From Octopus bimaculoides (Eukaryota): 64,000 nucleotides of DNA. Position 1 is the stretch's first letter; every line of letters begins with the position of its first letter. Made by a program: the position numbers and the translations under genes. This document shows positions 1-64,000 of the stretch, piece after piece. The notes beneath the pieces were generated by a model. It made no database searches, was not told the DNA's origin, and saw nothing but the letters and a program-made list of their open reading frames with translations. Where the stretch lies: contig NC_068985.1 in the NCBI RefSeq assembly GCF_001194135.2, positions 25,837,079 to 25,901,078 on the forward strand. The letters run 5' to 3'.

Positions 1-291
1 CGACCCCAGGACTTATTCTTTGTAAGCCTAGTACTTATTCTATCGGTCTCTTTTGCCGAACCACTACGTTACGGGGATGTAAACACACCAGCATCGGTTG
101 TCAAGCGATGTTGGGGGGACAAACACACACACACATATATATACATATACATATATACGGCAGTCTTCTTTCAGTTTCCATCTACCAAATCCACTCACAA
201 GGCTTTGGTCGGCCCGAGGCTATAGTAGAAGACACTTGCCCAAAGTGCCACACAGTGGAACTGAACCCAGAACCATGTGGTTGGTAAGCAA
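1..291 (-). mobile_element. SINE family B (tRNA-like head, CORE-like CTTGGGCAAGTG segment, internal (TA)n/(CA)n), cut by window edge and gap
   Basis: Reverse complement of the copies at 6742-7145 and 37003-37425. Confidence 0.85.
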
Positions 292-643
292 NNNNNNNNN
301 NNNNNNNNNNNNNNNNNNNNNNNNNNNNNNNNNNNNNNNNNNNNNNNNNNNNNNNNNNNNNNNNNNNNNNNNNNNNNNNNNNNNNNNNNNNNNNNNNNNN
401 NNNNNNNNNNNNNNNNNNNNNNNNNNNNNNNNNNNNNNNNNNNNNNNNNNNNNNNNNNNNNNNNNNNNNNNNNNNNNNNNNNNNNNNNNNNNNNNNNNNN
501 NNNNNNNNNNNNNNNNNNNNNNNNNNNNNNNNNNNNNNNNNNNNNNNNNNNNNNNNNNNNNNNNNNNNNNNNNNNNNNNNNNNNNNNNNNNNNNNNNNNN
601 NNNNNNNNNNNNNNNNNNNNNNNNNNNNNNNNNNNNNNNNNNN

Positions 644-1022
644 TGGCACTCCGTTGCTTACGACGTCAAGGGTTCCAGTCGATCCGATCAATGGAACAGC
701 CTGCTCATGAAATTAACGTGCGAGTGGTTGAGCACTCCACAGACACATGTACCCTTAACGTAGTTCTCGGGGATATTCAGCGTGACACAATGTGACAAGG
801 CTGACCCTTTGAAATACAGGTACAACAGAAACATGAAGTAAGAGTGAGAGAAAGTTGTGGTGAAAGAGTACAGCAGGGTTCGCCACCATCCCCTGCTGGA
901 ACCTCGTAGAGCTTTAGGTGTTTTTCGCTCAATAAACACTCACAACGCCCGGTCTGGGAATCGAAACCGTGATCCTATGACCGCGAGTCCGCTGCCCTAA
1001 CCACTGGGCCATTGCGCCTCCA
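644..1022 (-). mobile_element. SINE family A (tRNA-like A/B boxes, (CAA)n tail)
   Basis: Near-identical to 43817-44209; reverse complement of 4013-4398. Confidence 0.9.
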
Positions 1023-1284
1023 CACAGAATATACAATATATACATTTTTTTATATCATGTGCATGTAGGTATATATGTGTATGTGTTAGTCTGCACATGT
1101 CTTCACATTGACACTGCTTCTGCAGCAGGGACATTTGTTTTTGTTTCCCATAGACAACATGACCTGCACCTCAGCAATTTAATGTGCATGCCTAAGAATT
1201 AAAAGGTTTAAATTTCTCCATTTACATTGGTTTTTATCTTGTTTCTTTATTTTTCTTTTAATCATTTACTTTCATTTTATTCAG

Positions 1285-61920
<60,636 letters not shown>

Positions 61921-62169
61921 GTAAAACGCATGGTCTTTATATACTAAATATGGTTCATCAGATGTGCTGTGTTTATTTAAAAGAAAGTCTGAGGCATGGC
62001 CCTGTAGTTAACAAGCTTGCACCCCAACCATGTTGCTATAGGTTCAGTCCCACTATGTGGCACCTTACACCTGTATATTCTAAAGTCCCAGGCTAAACAA
62101 AGCCTGTATGTGGTTTTGGTTGATGGAAGCTGAAAGAAGCCTGCTGTGTGTGCGCACATATCCACTTGT

Positions 62170-62390
62170 CTTGAAATTGTGTGATGGCTGTAAACTGACA
62201 TTACCATCATGCAAGTGGTGTCCTTCATTTCCAACTGCCCATGAAAACATGTCTGGTCGTGCAGAAATATTATCTTGCTTAGAAACTAGTGAGAGTTGAT
62301 GACAGGAAGGTCGTCTGGTTATATAAAATCTTCCTTGATGAATTAAGTCTGATCTGTGCAAGCAAGGGAAAGGGGACATTAAAACAGTGC
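62170..62390 (-). mobile_element. Old repeat family D (ccttgcttggaaac / ggaaaatattacc block)
   Basis: Related copies at about 26390-26560, 31770-31990, 46855-46930, 49895-50030 and 63290-63450. Confidence 0.55.
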
Positions 62391-62771
62391 TGACAGCAGC
62401 AGTAGTAGTAGTAGCAGCAGCAGCAGCAGCAGTAGTAGTAGCAGCATAAATTAGTTGAAAAAGCATCTGGGCATCAAAATCACAAGCAAATGTCTGCATG
62501 AGAAATGACTGTTGTTGCTTCTCTCCTCCCTCTTTCTCAAGATCAGTCTTGATTGACTGGACTTATGATCAATGGTATTGCAGCCATGCTCTTCTTGTTT
62601 TATTCTTCAGACATAGTGTATCTAGAACTACATTATTTAATGTGATTTTCCCTTTTAAGACAGTAGGGAGAGATTTGACAGATATCTCTAGCAGATTCAG
62701 TAGTTATGTAGAGAGGCTCCTCATTGGCTTCTGATGATTGTGTTAGTTTGGTGGGCTATAAAACACTTGGT

Positions 62772-63075
62772 GTGGAGGCACAATGGCCCAGTGGTTAGGG
62801 CAGCGGACCGGCTGGTCGGGGATCGTGGTTTTGATTCCCAGACTGGGCATTGTGTGCGTTTATTGAGCGAAAACACCTAAAGCTCCACGAGGCTTTGACA
62901 GCGGGTGGTGGTGACCCCTGTTGTACTCTTTCGCCCCAACTTTCTCTCACTCTTTCTTCCTGTTTCTTGAGTAAAGCTGCGATGGACTGGCACCCCATCC
63001 AGCTGGGGAGGGGGGGACATATGCCATAGAAACCGGGAAACCGGGCCCATGAGCCTGGCTAGGCTTTAAAAGGGC
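62772..63075 (+). mobile_element. SINE with family A head/body but a different 3' module
   Basis: Matches 4013-4200, then gctgcgatggactggcaccccatccag...ggctttaaaagggc. Confidence 0.8.
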
Positions 63076-63645
63076 ACATAAAAAAACATAATAAAATACT
63101 TGGTAGAATGTGGTGAGCTGAAATATGTTAAGGTTGCTCCTTGCACAAATGATTTGATTGAGATATGTAGAGAAATGTTATACAGTTCTATCCAGCCCAT
63201 GTCAGTGTGGAAAGTAGGATGATAAAGCAATTAGGGTGTTGTTAGTGGTGCCTTTTCATGTGATCATGTGATTGTTGTAGAATGAGCTTCACTGTCATAC
63301 AAATGGTGTCCTTTTGTTTCCATGAAAACATGTACGACCATGGGTAAAATATGAGGGTTGTTAACCTTGCTTGGAAATGTTGAGGGTTGGCAACAAAGGG
63401 TATCATGCTCTAGAAAATCTGCCTCAACAAGTTTCATTTGGCTCATATATAGATAGACAGACAGAGCCATCATCATTTTATATGGCATCAGTCCTTGCTG
63501 TGTTGAAGAGCCATTTCCTAGAGCATCCAATGATAAATCGGCTTTGTTAAGGATGGCGTCTAATGTCCTCCATAGAATGTAAAAATTTAAATTAATAAAA
63601 GCAGTCAGCCATGTTAGCCTCAAATATCTAAAACATGCTTAAATA

Positions 63646-64000
63646 TACAGAGGCATCAAGCTGTTAGATCAGGTTATGAAAGTTACAGAGAGGGTCATAG
63701 CCCAACTAATTAGGGAGCGAATCAATTTAGATGAGATGCAGTTTGGGTTCGTGCCAGGTAAAAGCACTACTGATGCCTTATTTCTAGTGAGACAGTTGCA
63801 AGAGAAATACCTAGCCAAGGATAAACCTCTGTACCTGGCTTTCGTTGACATGGAGAAAGCCTTTGACAGGGTCCCCCGATCCCTTATCTGGTGGTCAATG
63901 AGGAAACTTGGGATAGAAGAATGGCTAGTGAGAGCTGTGCGAGCCATGTACAGAGATGCGGCCAGTAAGGTGAGGGTTGGAAATGAGTACAGCAATGAAT
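63646..64000 (+). mobile_element. RTE LINE reverse transcriptase, open frame running off the window
   Basis: YRGIKLLDQVMKVTERV...EMQFGFVPGKSTTDALF...LYLAFVDMEKAFDRVPR...; 118 codons with no stop. Confidence 0.93.

Noticed and set aside
63669-63995. Minus-strand 108-aa ORF
   Set aside because: It is the antisense shadow of the + strand RT frame.

Overview
Eukaryotic, AT-rich, repeat-dense genomic DNA with 10 N-gaps. The SINE/LINE repertoire looks like octopus/cephalopod to me, which is an inference. The whole window lies inside one + strand gene that I recognise as PRKDC (DNA-PKcs). I traced 34 GT-AG exons from 1285 to 61920. They splice into 3914 nt (1304 codons + 2 nt) with consistent phases and no stop, covering the N-HEAT into M-HEAT region; the gene start and end lie outside the window. 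The six-frame ORF track is mostly noise from N-runs and microsatellites. The introns hold many copies of an RTE LINE, several tRNA-like SINE families (labelled A, B, E and F by me), a full-length decayed mariner, a DD37D maT fragment, two piggyBac-type MITEs, a Gypsy fragment, an R4/Dong-type fragment and a probable Helitron-like element. The most unusual signal is a set of fold-back (inverted-repeat) units. Two of them carry a type I hammerhead-ribozyme core with a palindromic stem III inside the loop (31020-31167 and 47471-47788), and there are further hammerhead-like motifs. This resembles Penelope-like terminal repeats or non-autonomous ribozyme retroelements sitting sense to the PRKDC pre-mRNA. 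No database searches or folding computations were run; family names are from motif recognition, and repeat boundaries are approximate unless TIRs or TSDs are quoted.
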